From: the human T2T-CHM13v2.0 reference genome, Homo sapiens
Direction: 5' to 3' (one strand)
NCBI RefSeq assembly: GCF_009914755.1
Contig: NC_060928.1
Length of the DNA: 64,000 bases
The notes under the pieces were generated by a model that saw only the letters and a program-made list of their open reading frames with translations, was not told the origin of the DNA and searched no databases. The translations under genes were made by a program, and so were the position numbers. Of the stretch, positions 1-12,352 are shown one piece after another; the first letter of the stretch is position 1; every line of letters begins with the position of its first letter.

Positions 1-89
1 TTTTGCTGAAAGCAAATTTTAAACATTTGTCTTTGAAATGTTAGTTGGCTCCAGTGAAAATAAGTCCTTTTTGTTTTTCAGCTCTAATG

Positions 90-330
90 TGTTCAGTTAT
101 CATTTATTAAACACCTATTTTGAGCCCAACATTGGCTTAGGCTCTGTGAAGAAAGGGGTACAAAAATAGAAGAAGACATCTATTTTAGAAGCTCCAAAGA
201 AATGTGTAATAATTAGACAAACTAACACTGTGAGCTAGGATTAAGTCTGAAGATGTGGAATACAAACTGTGCACTCGGAACTCAAGGAAGAGAGAGGAAT
301 GTATAGGGTGGGGTTTGTTCCAATGCCATC
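90..330 (-). mobile_element. L2 LINE 3' fragment (highly decayed)
   Basis: CATTTATTAAACACCTATTTTGAGCCCAACATTGG..CTAGGCTCTG resembles the reverse-complemented L2 3' end; boundaries approximate. Confidence 0.5.
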
Positions 331-366
331 TCAACCTCATCATTTCCAAGTTGGTATTCTGAACAC

Positions 367-758
367 TCTCTTAGCCTGTTCATGCTGCTGTAACAAGACA
401 CCTGAGACTAGACAGTTTATAGACAATAGAAATTTATTTTTCAGTTTGGAGGCTGGGAAGTCCAAGATCAAGGTGCTGGCAGACTCAGTGTTCCAGCACC
501 TTGCTCTGCTTCTGAGATGTTGCCTCAAATACTGCATCCTCCAGAGGAGACAAGCTCTGTGTCCTCATGTTGCACAAAGGATGGAAGTGCAAAAAGGGCT
601 TAGCTAGTCCCTCCTGCTCTTTTATGACACTAATTCCATCCATGAGAGCAGAGCCTTCGCGGCCTAATTCCCGTCGAAAGGCCCCTCTTCATACTGTTGC
701 ACTGGAGATTAACTTTCAATATGAACTTTGGAGGGACACAAATAATCAAAGCATAGCA
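367..758 (-). mobile_element. MaLR solo LTR (MST/MLT1A group, MSTC/MSTD-like)
   Basis: Starts TCTCTTAGCCTGTTCATGCTGCTGTAACA, contains the diagnostic GGAGGCTGGGAAGTCCAAGATCAAGGTGCTGGCAG, and ends GGAGGGACACAAATAATCAAAGCATAGCA; about 390 bp. Confidence 0.9.
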
Positions 759-894
759 GTCACTCTTCTCTCAGGCCTGAGGAGCAAAGCTGCCCCTTCT
801 CCTGTATTTGTACATTATCCCATTATCCTGTTTGTTCACACATGCTGGAAGCTTAAGAGCCATCTTCAAGACGGCTCCATCCCTCACTACCTGT

Positions 895-1410
895 ACTAAT
901 CAGTCATTACGTCCTGCTCATTCTTATTTCAGAGTTTCTGGTCCTTGCCCCTCCTTTCCATCCTCACTGGCAGTTTCCTCTCTAGGGCTCTCATCCCTCA
1001 TCTTAATTGCACAGAATGTCTTCTAACTGGGCCTCCTGCCACCCGTCTTTCGTCTCTCCAATCCATTTTTCTAGATTGCCCCTGGAGAGTTTGCCTCCTA
1101 AAATCCTGAACCGATCTTGTCACGAAGAAGCCCAAACTCAGCATGGAAGCCGAGATCCATACCTCCTGATCTGGCCAGGCCCCTTCCAGCCCCGCCTCCC
1201 ATCTCTTAGGCACAGTGTGCCTCACACAAGGGGATTTAGTTAGCATTTCCAAGCACGAGGCGAGTCTTCCCACTTTCTGTGTCAGGTTAAACATTCTCTG
1301 TGAAATTGTCCTTGATTTGCTCAGTAGAATTAGGTACTCATCTCCCTCTCTCTTTCTGCCCCCATGCTGCTATAGTGTTTCTACATCTATTTAGCATTTA
1401 CCTCATGCTG
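895..1410 (+). mobile_element. L2 LINE fragment
   Basis: Pyrimidine-rich L2 motifs, e.g. CTAACTGGGCCTCCTGCC..CTCCAATCCATT; boundaries approximate. Confidence 0.65.
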
Positions 1411-1424
1411 CACTTTTAGTTTAT

Positions 1425-1510
1425 TAGAATTCAAGGGTTCTAGGAGTAGGAAGGAATTTAGAGATCATACAGGCAGAGCCTCTTATTGTAAATGTGGCAC
1501 AACTGAGGAT
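1425..1510 (-). mobile_element. MIR (MIR3/MIRc-like) fragment
   Basis: GGAAGGAATTTAGAGATCAT..CTCTTATTGTAAATGTGGCACAACTGAGG resembles the reverse MIR core. Confidence 0.6.
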
Positions 1511-1529
1511 AAACGTGTAGCCCTCCCAG

Positions 1530-2588
1530 AGTCTACTTTTCAGTTGTCCTTGAGTTTGATCTCAGCATCATTGCCCAAGAAGAGCTTGATTTCCTTTGCT
1601 CTGTGACATCTCAGCAACTGCCTCTCTACTTTCTTGGTATCTGTCCTCTTCTAGTTGGTCTGCAAATACTAGGGTTCCTCAGAAACAAGCCCTTAGACCC
1701 TCTGCCTTCACACTGTATCCACTGTCCCAGCTCTTGCAATGTCATAGATTCCCATGGCTTCAGTGTTCACTCATAAACAGGCAGTTCACAAATATTCCAC
1801 TCAAAACTTCTAGCTCCAGATATGAGTATCCAGGGGGACCTTCTAACCTATCATCCAAACAGGGACCCTGTGAGAGTGACAGTGAGCACCAAATCACCAA
1901 ATGACAGGATGCCAGGACAACTAGCATTAACTGGAGCATCCAGAGCCAGCAGGCACCTTCGGTCATCCTGGTATACTGAACCATTTCACGTATGCTCTTG
2001 CATGTCTCAGGCTCCCAAAACTAACATGGATCTGAATCCATAATCTTTTCCTGCAAACCTCATCTTTCCTGGGTGGCCCACATTCAGTACAGGAAAGGAA
2101 CTGTCCATCAAGTTACCAAGCCAGCAACCTTGAACTGGTCCTTGGTCCTTTCTTCACCTCAATCCCACTCATCACATTGTCTAGTTAATATTGCTTTCTA
2201 AGTATCTCAAAATCATCATGCTTCCATTTGTCTTCCACCCCTGCCATTCTAGTCCAAGCTCCCTTGGCATCTGGACTGGATTTGCACGGTGACTTCCATG
2301 TTGACTTAATTGACATTCTGTGGAGCTCCTCCTCCAACTCATTCTCCACACCTCAAATTGATCTTTTAAGAACGCAAAGAGGATCCTGTCATCCCTTGCT
2401 TAAAACAGTGCATAAAACATAATACATAATGGAAGACATGATATGTGTCTTTCTTTTCCACTTGATTGTCATGCCCCTAAAACCAGGGACCTTGTTTGTT
2501 TTGCTCCCTTTTGTTTAACTGGTTGCGTGACATAGCACCTCATACATAGTCCTGGATGAATATTTATTGGTTGAATGAGCAAATGAAA
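1530..2588 (+). mobile_element. L2 LINE fragment interrupted by MER94
   Basis: L2 motifs CCCATGGCTTCAG, CCCTGCCATTCTAGTCCAAGC and CTCCAACTCATTCTCCACAC; ends in the L2 tail TATTTATTGGTTGAATGAGCAAATGAA. Confidence 0.7.
1831..1970 (+). mobile_element. MER94 hAT-Blackjack MITE
   Basis: Terminal inverted repeats CAGGGGGACC / GGTCATCCTG; internal TATCATCCAAACAGGGACCCTGTGAGAGTGA and GCCAGGACAAC match MER94. Confidence 0.75.
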
Positions 2589-2764
2589 AAAAGTCCCAGG
2601 GTTCTAAAAACCTACTTCAGACCGCTAGTTCCAGAGTCTCTGGGTTCTTTTTTCCCTCAAGGATTTTAACCTCCTTGAAGGTAGAAGTTCTGCTGTTCTA
2701 TCATTGAATATTTCATTCTTTCCCATTTTGGAAATGAGATACTCCTCTCTACTCTTTGTGTCTT

Positions 2765-2933
2765 CAGTACTTTTAACCATAGCTACATCTTAGAATCACC
2801 AGGGAGCTTGCAGAGAACACTAATGCCAGGATTTTGCCCCAAACTAATTAATTCAGAATCTCTAGACATAGGAAATAAGTTTTAAAAGCCTCCCTAGTGT
2901 TTGTAAGGCACAGTCAGGGTTGAGAAGCCACTG
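2765..2933. mobile_element. MER5B hAT-Charlie MITE
   Basis: TTAGAATCACCAGGGAGCTT..ATTCAGAATCTCT..AAAAGCCTCCCTAGTG..CAGGGTTGAGAAGCCACTG; palindromic MER5 architecture. Confidence 0.85.
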
Positions 2934-3588
2934 GTTTAAATCTGGTCATCCTTCAAGTCCCTTCTCAGGCATCATCTACTCCAGGGAAACTCAGATCCCT
3001 CATTTCTCCTCAGGACTTACTAGTAGGTAGTGAAGTGATTCTACGATCAATACTTATTTCATTATTTTCGGAGTTCCATTCCAGCTATGTTGTAAGGATG
3101 CATTAGGGCTGAGATTATGCATTATATTTAGGAATTTGCTGAGGACCAAAAAGTTACTTTATAATTTCCTTTTATTTGACCCATGTTCACTTCTCACTTT
3201 GGAAAGACTTCAGGTTGATAAGCAAGCTGACTTCTGATTTGTGGCTGCCTCTATGGTTTAACATCCTAGCAAATTTTTCTTACACGTTCCGTCGTGTTCC
3301 TGAGCTGCTAGAGAGCTATCTGAGTCAGCGGTTAACTGAGGCTTAGGCACACATAGTCATCAGCTGGGAGGAACAGGCTAAACAGATATCTCCTTGCACT
3401 ACTTAGAAAACCAACTTTCCATCAGGAACTCTGGGACTTTTAGAAAATATGTATACAGCTTCCATGGGTCCCTTAAGTTATTCTGTTATTGCAGCATGCA
3501 GCACATTGGGTGGAAACCTAAAATGCACACTGAGTGACTCCCCTTTCACTCTTTTTTGGGGGGTGAAGCAGGGCAGGTGTAAAAGCAG

Positions 3589-3884
<296 letters not shown>

Positions 3885-4418
3885 TGTAAAAGCAGTTTTT
3901 TAAAATGTGCGTTTATGTATGTTGACCCAGGTTACTCCGTTGTCCCGTTGGTAAAGACTACCAAATTTAATGTGGCTGTTTCGTAAAGATACCTTCTCAG
4001 AGACATCGTCAAAGAGCATGCTTTAAAACTCTGTTCAGGCACATTTGCAGCTTTCCATAGGAAACTATAAAGGCAGATAATGTCATAGCACCTTTTTCTA
4101 AAGCCATTCTTAGGGACTTCAGCATTGACGATATGATTGAGGGAAGAGCAGGGAGGAAAACAGTGTGTCTGGAGGGCCCCCTGGGCTTCTGCCATGAGAT
4201 TGAAGCTTGGCACCTCAGTCATGGCCATTCTGCACAGGTAAATCTTAAAATTTCATCTTGAATTTTTCATGGCATCATCAACTGGTGTAGATTTGGGTAT
4301 CATTTTGCAGCTGCCAAGCGGATCTTTGTGTCAGTTCACCCCAAACTACATCACATTTAGCAAAATTGCCCATAGTATGCAGGTAATATTTTGAGTAGTT
4401 TTATGATAGATTTTGACA

Positions 4419-4584
4419 TTTATTTCTTTTCTTCTCTTTTCTTTTCTTTTTCTTTTGTGACAGAGTCTTGCTCTGTTGCCCAGGCTAGAGTGCAGTGGTG
4501 CGATCTGAGCTCACTGCAACCTCTGCCTCCCAGGTTAAAGCGATGCTCCTGCCTCAGCCTCCCGAGTAGCTGGAATTACAAGCA
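4419..4584 (-). mobile_element. 5'-truncated Alu (right arm only)
   Basis: Right-arm sequence plus T-rich tail; target-site duplication AGATTTTGACA at 4408 and 4585. Confidence 0.93.
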
Positions 4585-5397
4585 AGATTTTGACAGTATT
4601 TCTAATCAAATTCCTGCTGCCTTTATAAAAAATCCAAATGTTTACTCTTGTGAAATTATTTGTTATAATTGTTAAACTCTTGGGTTTTTTTTTTAAAGAC
4701 TTAGAATATCATAAAGGTATAAAGAGAAGAAGCAAGTTATGTTTAGAATTTTAGCTAAGTTGTTTTGTGGATGACATTCTGTGTTGGGTTTAAAATGAGA
4801 TTATTGAAGTGGGCTACCTATAAGATAGAGTTAATCTAATGTGGGTTTTGGTGTGCTCTATGGTTAACTGTGGGTCTCAAAAAGTTAAGTGTACTTCAAG
4901 TGCAGTATTTATGTAAAACCACTAAGATAAGATCTTGCTGTGTAATCTTTGCTGGTGCTCAAGCTAACTGATTACAATGGCTGGCATTTTCACTGTTCTC
5001 ACACTTACAAAAATAAAATCAGAAAGCTTGAGAGGATAGGGAAAGACATCTGGTGTACAAAATGAAGACATTTATCAAAAGGGATGCCTTTTTTCCTTTT
5101 AAAAACTGCAAAAGGTTTGTTTCATCTCATTAGGCTTAGAAGTATAAATTTTACATAATTAGTAGAAAGTTGAATGAATAACAGAAAGTTGGAATAAATA
5201 TTTGCTCTTGTATTAAATACATATGAAATGCCTTGCTTTAGTATATTGATTATGCTAATTTATAGTCTAAATGTACAATTAGATTCAGGAGGCATAACAG
5301 GATGTAGAATTTGATAAAGAATACATTAAAGAAAAAGAATTCTTGTGTAGACCTGAGTCTTAAAAAAATTAAAAAATAACATTTAAATTTTCTTGTA

Positions 5398-5708
5398 GGC
5401 CTGGTGTGGTGGCTCACACCTATAATCTCAGCACTTTGGGAGGCCTAGGCTGGTGGATTGCTAGAGCCCAGAAATTTGAGACCAGCCTGGGCAACATGGT
5501 GAAACCCCGTCTCTACAAAATACAAAAAAAACATTAGCCGGGTGCAGGGGTGCATGCCTGTAGTCCCAGCTACTTGGGAGGCTGAGGAGTCTGAGGTGGG
5601 AGAATCACTTGAGCCCAGGAGGTGGAGGTGCAGTGAGCTGAGATCATGCCACTGTGCTCCAGCCTGGGTGACGGAGTCAGACCTTGTCTTAAATAAATAA
5701 ATAAATAA
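5398..5708 (+). mobile_element. Alu (AluJ-like)
   Basis: GGCCTGGTGTGGTGGCTCACACC..GAGCCCAGGAGG; (TAAA)n tail; small internal CTGAGG duplication. Confidence 0.96.
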
Positions 5709-5940
5709 GTAAATTCCCTTGTAGAACTATAATTGTTTTATGATACAGAATATTAATCACTGCATTAAATTTGGATATTATTATAACGATATTTAGTAAA
5801 AAGGACAAACTTGAATTTCTGTTCATCCCGTCACACCTCTCGATTAGAGCTAGGTGAGTTACATGTAGTTATAAACTAAAGGGACTAGACCCCAAAGCTA
5901 TGTTCACTCTACTCTTCACTTTTAATCACATATATATTTT

Positions 5941-6239
5941 CTTTTCTTTTTTTTTTTTCGAGACAGGGTCTCACTGCAACACCCAGGCCGGAGTGCAGTG
6001 GCAATCACGGGTCACAGCAGCTTCCATCTCTGGGGCTCAAACAATTCTCCCACCTCAGCCTCCCGAGTAGCTGGGACTACAGGCATGTGCTACCACGCCT
6101 GGATAATTTTTCTATTTTTTATAGGGACTGGGTCTCACTATGTTGCCCAGGCTGATCTCAAACACCTGGGCTCAAGCAATCCTCTTGCCTTGGCCTCCAA
6201 AAGTGTTGGGATTACAGGCATGAGCCACCGTGCCCAGCC
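5941..6239 (-). mobile_element. Alu (AluJ-like)
   Basis: GAGACAGGGTCTCAC..GGGCTCAAGCAATCCTC; target-site duplication CACATAT(A/G)TATTTT on both sides. Confidence 0.96.
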
Positions 6240-6589
6240 CACATATGTATTTTCTTCTCTCTGGGAAACTAGCCTTCGTTTTCTCCAATTATTGACTTAT
6301 TTCTTTTTCACCCAGGCTTTGTGTTAAGCTCCTGGATCTCTATGAAACCGCTGCTGATACTTCTATTAGCTTCTGTTAAAAGAAATGAAAAACTTCACCT
6401 TACAGGTTTCTTTCAGCATCTCTAAAAGTCTCTGTTGTTAATATAGTATTGAGACTTATCCCCACCATAGTCATTTGCATAAAATTATTATACTGTATAT
6501 AAAAGTTTAAGATGTAACTTTAAATGAACATGAATTATAGGTATGGATAATTGCATTAATTTTGGAAATTTGTGTTGAATTTTCTTCTC

Positions 6590-6770
6590 TAAGTGGATAT
6601 CTCTTAGTGCTGCTCAACAGTTAGCCCATTTTATCTCTTCATTTATGTTGGCCATTTTTCATTTATATCTTCTGAAAAAAATTCATGTATATGTTCTGAA
6701 AAAATAACACACTGTATACAATTAATTGTATTTGCCCAATTTTTTAGAATATTTGTTTATATGTATACTT
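6590..6770 (-). mobile_element. ancient L1M fragment (tentative)
   Basis: AAGTGGATATCTC..TTGGCCATTTTTCATTTATATCTTCTG..TTTGCCCAATTTTT resembles the reverse L1 ORF2 3' region. Confidence 0.4.
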
Positions 6771-6876
6771 ACAGGCTTAAAAAAATCATTCACATGGTCC
6801 AAAGTGACTGATGTTTAAAAGTGACAGCTATATGAGGGAAAACGTATATGGACAGATATATGTCATATAATCATGC

Positions 6877-6879
<3 letters not shown>

Positions 6880-6907
<28 letters not shown>
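6880..6907. repeat. (CA)n microsatellite
   Basis: About 14 AC units, read directly. Confidence 0.98.
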
Positions 6908-6910
<3 letters not shown>

Positions 6911-8390
6911 GGTGTGAATGAATGCCATATTCTAAGATCTGTACATTTGACCACTATTAATCTGTGGTTCTTGAAAATTAATGAGATTAATTCATAAACC
7001 AAGTGATTTTTGAAGCCTGCAGTCTGGCGAGTCAGGTTGGTTCTGTTCCTTTAGATAGCTTAACTGAGTACAAAATTTGGGGTATAGCATTTCAGAAGAT
7101 CCTGCTGTTTCTACCATTAGTTTTGAATGTTTATTGTAAAGATACTTTTCAACTCTAATGGGAGAGACAGCAGGATTCTCCCAAAAATTCAAGTAAAAAT
7201 CTGCACGAGGAAAAGAAGTCTCCTGAGATGGATTGAATTCTTCTGAAGAGAAAAATATATAATTTACTACCACCTAAAATATGAATGAAGATATATGTGA
7301 GGAGCTTTTTAGAGGAGAATTTATCTTATATTTATTATCAGAAAGTGCTGTGAATTTAAAATCTTTCTTTTGCCCAAGTCAAACAGAATTTCCAGTAATA
7401 ATGAGAAACGTGTGACTCTTGACCATTTTGTTTACCAAATAATGTAGTGTGAGATATCTCTACTACAGTAATAACTTCCGGTGTAATTTACATTGGCGTT
7501 TGTTAACAGCAAAAGACCTCTCCTGTGGGGGTTAAGAATATTTAATCCTTTAAAGCTGACATATATAACATGTAGCTATGTCAGCTACAGCTGTTTCTAA
7601 ACATCAGTAACAAAATTATAGACAGGTTTTGAAGCTTCTGTGGTGGGAATGAATACATCTGAGGATTCAACTTGCTGACAGTGTTTTTGTAATTTAATCT
7701 TACCATCTGGTAGAAAGTAAACATTTTTTATAAAATTAAAGTTTATAAAGTGAATCGCTTATAGTTTCCGATTGTTGTGAATGACAAATTTAAGTGTACT
7801 TTCATTGAAGAATGAATGGAGATTCTGCCACTGTTTTGAGATGCATACTAGATCGCAACTGATTTTGCCATTTGATCTTCATTGGTTCCTTGAACAGTAA
7901 ACAAATTGGCACTTTCATGTCAGCTAAGGATTCTGTGTTTCATATGTCTTTCATTCCTTTAAGATAGCATACATGTTGTTACTTGTTTTGCACAGAAGAA
8001 ACTAGGGCTTGGCAATTTGTATGTCGGTAATGTCAGATAAGTGATGTCACAAATAGAATGTACCTCTGAACTGAAAATAAATGATTTTTTCATTGCATTT
8101 CATACTTTCTTCTATAATGTAGTTATATTTGTATAATATGCATTTAGCTATTGTCTAAACTATTATGGTGTAATCCAGTGTATTTGCTTTGCAAGTAGCA
8201 CCTTTCTTTCTCCTTAGAAGTTGGCAAATTAGCAGATTTGTGAAATTGACAAATTGGTTTACAAACCCTGCCAAATTCAAACTTTATAAATCTGATCTAC
8301 GCCTTTTACTTGAAATAAATATACACGCTGATAGACTCTTGTGTTTATAGTTGTGCCCTGTGTTAAATTGAAAGCCTACACTCTATGATG

Positions 8391-8436
8391 ATGTAATAAA
8401 ATTTAATTAGTTGTAAGTCAGGTTTTGGTTTAGTGG
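8391..8436 (+). terminator. candidate cleavage/polyadenylation site
   Basis: TGTA overlapping AATAAA (8395-8400), CA at 8419-8420, then GU-rich GGTTTTGGTTTAGTGG; use in vivo not demonstrated. Confidence 0.35.
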
Positions 8437-9271
8437 TAATTAGTTTAGTGTATAATTATTACATCTAATAGCAATCTGAAGTCTGCAAGCATTTTGATCT
8501 TTTTCCAAGTAAAAAGAAAAAAAACCACAAAGCTCCTGTAAGATTTATAGCAGAAATTGCAATAATAAAATCACATTAGCTAATTTCATTAGATAAATCA
8601 CAGAAAATGTTAAGTGGCAAGGTAAAATTTCAGTGATGATGTACATGTGTTATGTTGAGCTGGTACATAAAATATTTTTAAGTGAGTTTTTTTTCTTTTC
8701 AATTAAAACTATCTAATGCGACTTTTGATGCTTCTTACTATTTAAAATACATCATCGGTAGTTTTGCATGGCAAAATTAAATGTTATTCCCATAACAGCT
8801 ATTGTAGAGTGATCATCAGGGTCAATACATGCTTTAAAAATCAAAGAAATTTTATTAATAAATTTGAAAAATACCTTTAATTCACTGAGTTCTGACCCAT
8901 AAAATTTTTACAGGAAGTATTGCCTGCTTCCAACAGAATAAAAAGTAGCTTTCAGCTAACAAGGCAGTAACACAAAAATATATTAATACCACGTAAGTAA
9001 ATGTACATGAGCTTTTAAATTAGTATGTTTAATAAATTAAAAAGCATAATGTCTCCCTGAGTTACTAGATACTGTTATATTTAATTAGTCTATGAGCCCA
9101 AGATTAAATCAGGGAGCTAGTCATATTATACTTTTGGCATTTTCCTACTTCTCCTTTCAATCCCTTTCCCTAATAGAAACCTCTTTCTGTTTTTTTCTTG
9201 TATGAGCCAAGTGTTGTCTCATTTCTGTTTTTAAAAATGTGTTTAGCAGCCTTTCTATTTTCCACAAATTT

Positions 9272-9403
9272 ATTGTTTTGGTTTTTAGACAGGGTCTCAC
9301 TCTGTTGCCCAGGCTGGAATGCAGTGGCACAATCATAGCTCTCTGTAACCTGGAACTCCTGGGCTCAAGCAATCCTCCTACCGCAGTCTCTCAGTCTCTT
9401 GGG
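9272..9403 (-). mobile_element. Alu monomer/partial (FRAM or AluJ right arm)
   Basis: AGACAGGGTCTCACTCTGTTGCCCAGGCTGGAATGCAGTGGCACAATCATAGCT. Confidence 0.9.
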
Positions 9404-10974
9404 TAGTTATTTTTAACTTAAAATTTATAACCCAGATAGATTGGTTGTAATGCACAACATAGTTCAGTGCCAAGTATGTTTTCCACACCAAAGACTATGG
9501 TTCTCATCATTCGAGTGCTTGATTTTAGAACATTCAGATAAAAAACAAAAGTTTAATAAATAGTGTGTTGTAAAAGTCTTACTAAAAGTGGCTAAGTTGA
9601 TATCACAAGACTATTAAATAGTTTAAAATGAATTTTCATGGCTTAATAACTGATTTTTATAAACCGTGCTTAGGTTTACTACGAATATATAGAAAATATT
9701 TAAATTTTCTGTATCTTTGATTTTTTTTTCTTCTTTATTGTACCTTATTAGGAAAGGGTCTGTTTTGACTTCAAAAGAGGTCTTATGTTATGATCATTTT
9801 CATTTGGCAAGGAGAAAGAAGTGATTTGATATAAAATATTCATGAGCTGACATAATTAAAAATATTAACCGAGACATCTAAATTGGCTTTTGTAGTACAC
9901 CATTATAAATATTTATTTAGCTCTCTGTGAAATGTCTGTCGTGTTGTACATGGGTTTTCCATAGGATATCATTTCAGTTTTTATAAATTTGAATTTGTAT
10001 TTACTAACACATGTTAATCTGGCATTAACACTGGATGTGTATTTAAGAAGGGTATACTGCAGACCTAGTAAGTGCACAGTCAGGACTGTGTGGGGAGGGA
10101 AAGACTGCAAACAGTTGTCAGTCTTCAAAGTGAGATAAGACACGTCCATTAAAGTTTGCAATACAAAACAGTATCTAATTCGGTACCAAAGGAGATATTT
10201 CATGAAAGATGAAGTTGGTTTGCTGCTTTAGGCTCTTTCTGAGTAGCTACCATGTATCCTTTGTTTAGTACTCAACCTTAGAAATTTGACTTCATTCGTT
10301 CCCTGGCTGTGATAAGATTTTGTGAACCAAATGCACAAGATACTATTTAAGAAATCAGTCTTCTAAATTGTGTTGGAGAATAACCCTATACTCAAAATGT
10401 TTTTATTGATTATTTTGGCCACTGGCAATCAAGGCATCTGAAAAACCGAGAAACTATAATCATAAAGTTACTGGCTGAATTTAAAATTATTTATTCATAC
10501 TTTCAGAAAGTTACCAATCGAGTCCTACTATATGCAAAGACCATGTTAAAAATAATGAGAAACAGAATATCTTGGTGGATATGTTTCTGCCACCCAGAAA
10601 CATTTACCAGGGTGGTAAAGATCTTGTATTAAAATATACAGAGTTTAGTTTCAAAGTAATAGTAGTGAATATCTTGGTGAATCCTTACTGCAATATTAGG
10701 AAATGGATATGCCCAATGCAGAGTAAATTTAACAGTTCTTTCTTACATACCAACATGAATAAACATGAGCAGTTGACTTGACTTTGTGACCACATGAATA
10801 TGGCTACGTGAATGGACAGGAAGAATCCCATGAAGATTACTAGATTTTATCCTGGATTCTGAGAATAAATGTTAAAAACAAAAAGCTATTTATTCCCAAT
10901 CTCACTGTCTTAATGAACTTTTATGTTTCTGTCAAATGGGAGTGGAGAATGACAAGTAATCTTAAAATATTTAT

Positions 10975-11650
10975 GGAGTCAACAAATGTTTATGATGTGC
11001 CACACACATAAGGGTTCAGCACCTAAGAGGCAGCACTTGGACACCTACAGCTCGGAAGTGATCAAGACAGACCTTGGCTCCCACCTTCATGCATCTAAGA
11101 TGACAATGCAATGTCAGAGTGAACATTCAGTAGGACTTGAAGATTTGTGACAAGAGTTCAGGGAAAACACATCAGAATTTTTGGTGATGTGCATTTAGTA
11201 GGAAGTTGTGGTTAAACCTTGAGAATAAATTTGTCCCTGGAAAGAGATAAAAGAACAAGGACTTAAGGACTAAAATTTGAGTAAAGCTTTCAATTAGGAA
11301 CCAATAAAAAGATGAGGAATGGGAGTGGAAGCCATGGTTATGGAGTTTGGAAAAGTATCAAGGTCAGGTGCACGGATATAATCCTATGTGGCCAGGAAGT
11401 TTCAAAATAGGAAGACCGACAGCCTATACCGAAGGCTGTGAAGAATGAAGTTTGGAGGAGAGCCTTTATACTTGATTAGGAGGAAATGGGTATCATCTGC
11501 CCGTGAACTTGACACTGGGGTTGGAAATGAGTCCTGAGATATGGGAAATAGAGAAAAATCACATATACAGCTTGTTACGTAAATCCAGCAGCGAAAGGAA
11601 GGTGACAACTTCACACATGGAGTATCTCCAGGAGGTTTAAAGATAATGTG
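10975..11650 (-). mobile_element. L2 LINE fragment
   Basis: TCAACAAATGTTTATGATGTGCCA..AAGTGATCAAGACAGAC..CCACCTTCATG resembles the reverse L2 3' end, followed by a purine-rich body; far boundary uncertain. Confidence 0.55.
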
Positions 11651-12306
11651 GATAAATGTTGAGACCAATTTTTCTTGTATGTAAGTTCTCTATAGCTATG
11701 TCTGGAGTATGGATGATTTTTATGTAATATATTATAAATCTTGACTTTTGGATTGCTTCTTTGGTGGTACAAAATAGAAAAAAATGCTATTTTGTATTAA
11801 TATGCTTTAGTCACTTTCTTGTAAGCCATAAAACATTTAAAAAGCAGACTTTATGCAAATTGATAACTAAAAAATTGTTTTACACAGAAATTAAGATTAA
11901 TTTACTTAAACACTGTGCTCTACATTTATCTTTATCTTGATGTTTATCTTGATGACCAAATTATGTCATCGCGGGAAATTTCTCTTTATCCATTAACTAA
12001 ATACATTTGGATACTAAGGGTAGTGTCTCTAAGAGTAAGAATTATTTCTTAAATTAATATATTCATGAAAATTCAAACAAACATAGATCATCTATTAGAA
12101 ATGTAATTTATATACAGCATTAACTCGGAACTGATTCTTTGTTTTTCCTCATTCTTCTGGGATTCTTGAAACACAAATCTAAATGTATGTGGCTGCAAAA
12201 AAAAAAAAAAAAGCTCTGGATAGCTGCCTACTTTTGTAGGCACTCTTTTTGTGTTTTTTTTTTCTCTTCTTCTGATTTCATCTAAGGAAAGCTTCCTTAG
12301 CTACTA

Positions 12307-12309
<3 letters not shown>

Positions 12310-12350
<41 letters not shown>

Positions 12351-12352
12351 AC
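12310..12352. repeat. (CA)n microsatellite, one interruption
   Basis: Read directly. Confidence 0.98.

Noticed and set aside
269-899. ORFs of 110-112 aa
   Set aside because: They run through the non-coding MaLR LTR.
10269-10311. Possible terminal exon (YSTLEI* or LNLRNLTSFVPWL*) as a clue to the host gene
   Set aside because: The acceptor is modest and I cannot match either peptide to a known C-terminus, so no gene symbol is assigned.
12196-12212. A-run that might mark a retrocopy tail or transcript end
   Set aside because: No AATAAA at the proper distance, no target-site duplication and no recognisable parent mRNA; it would only cause internal oligo-dT priming.
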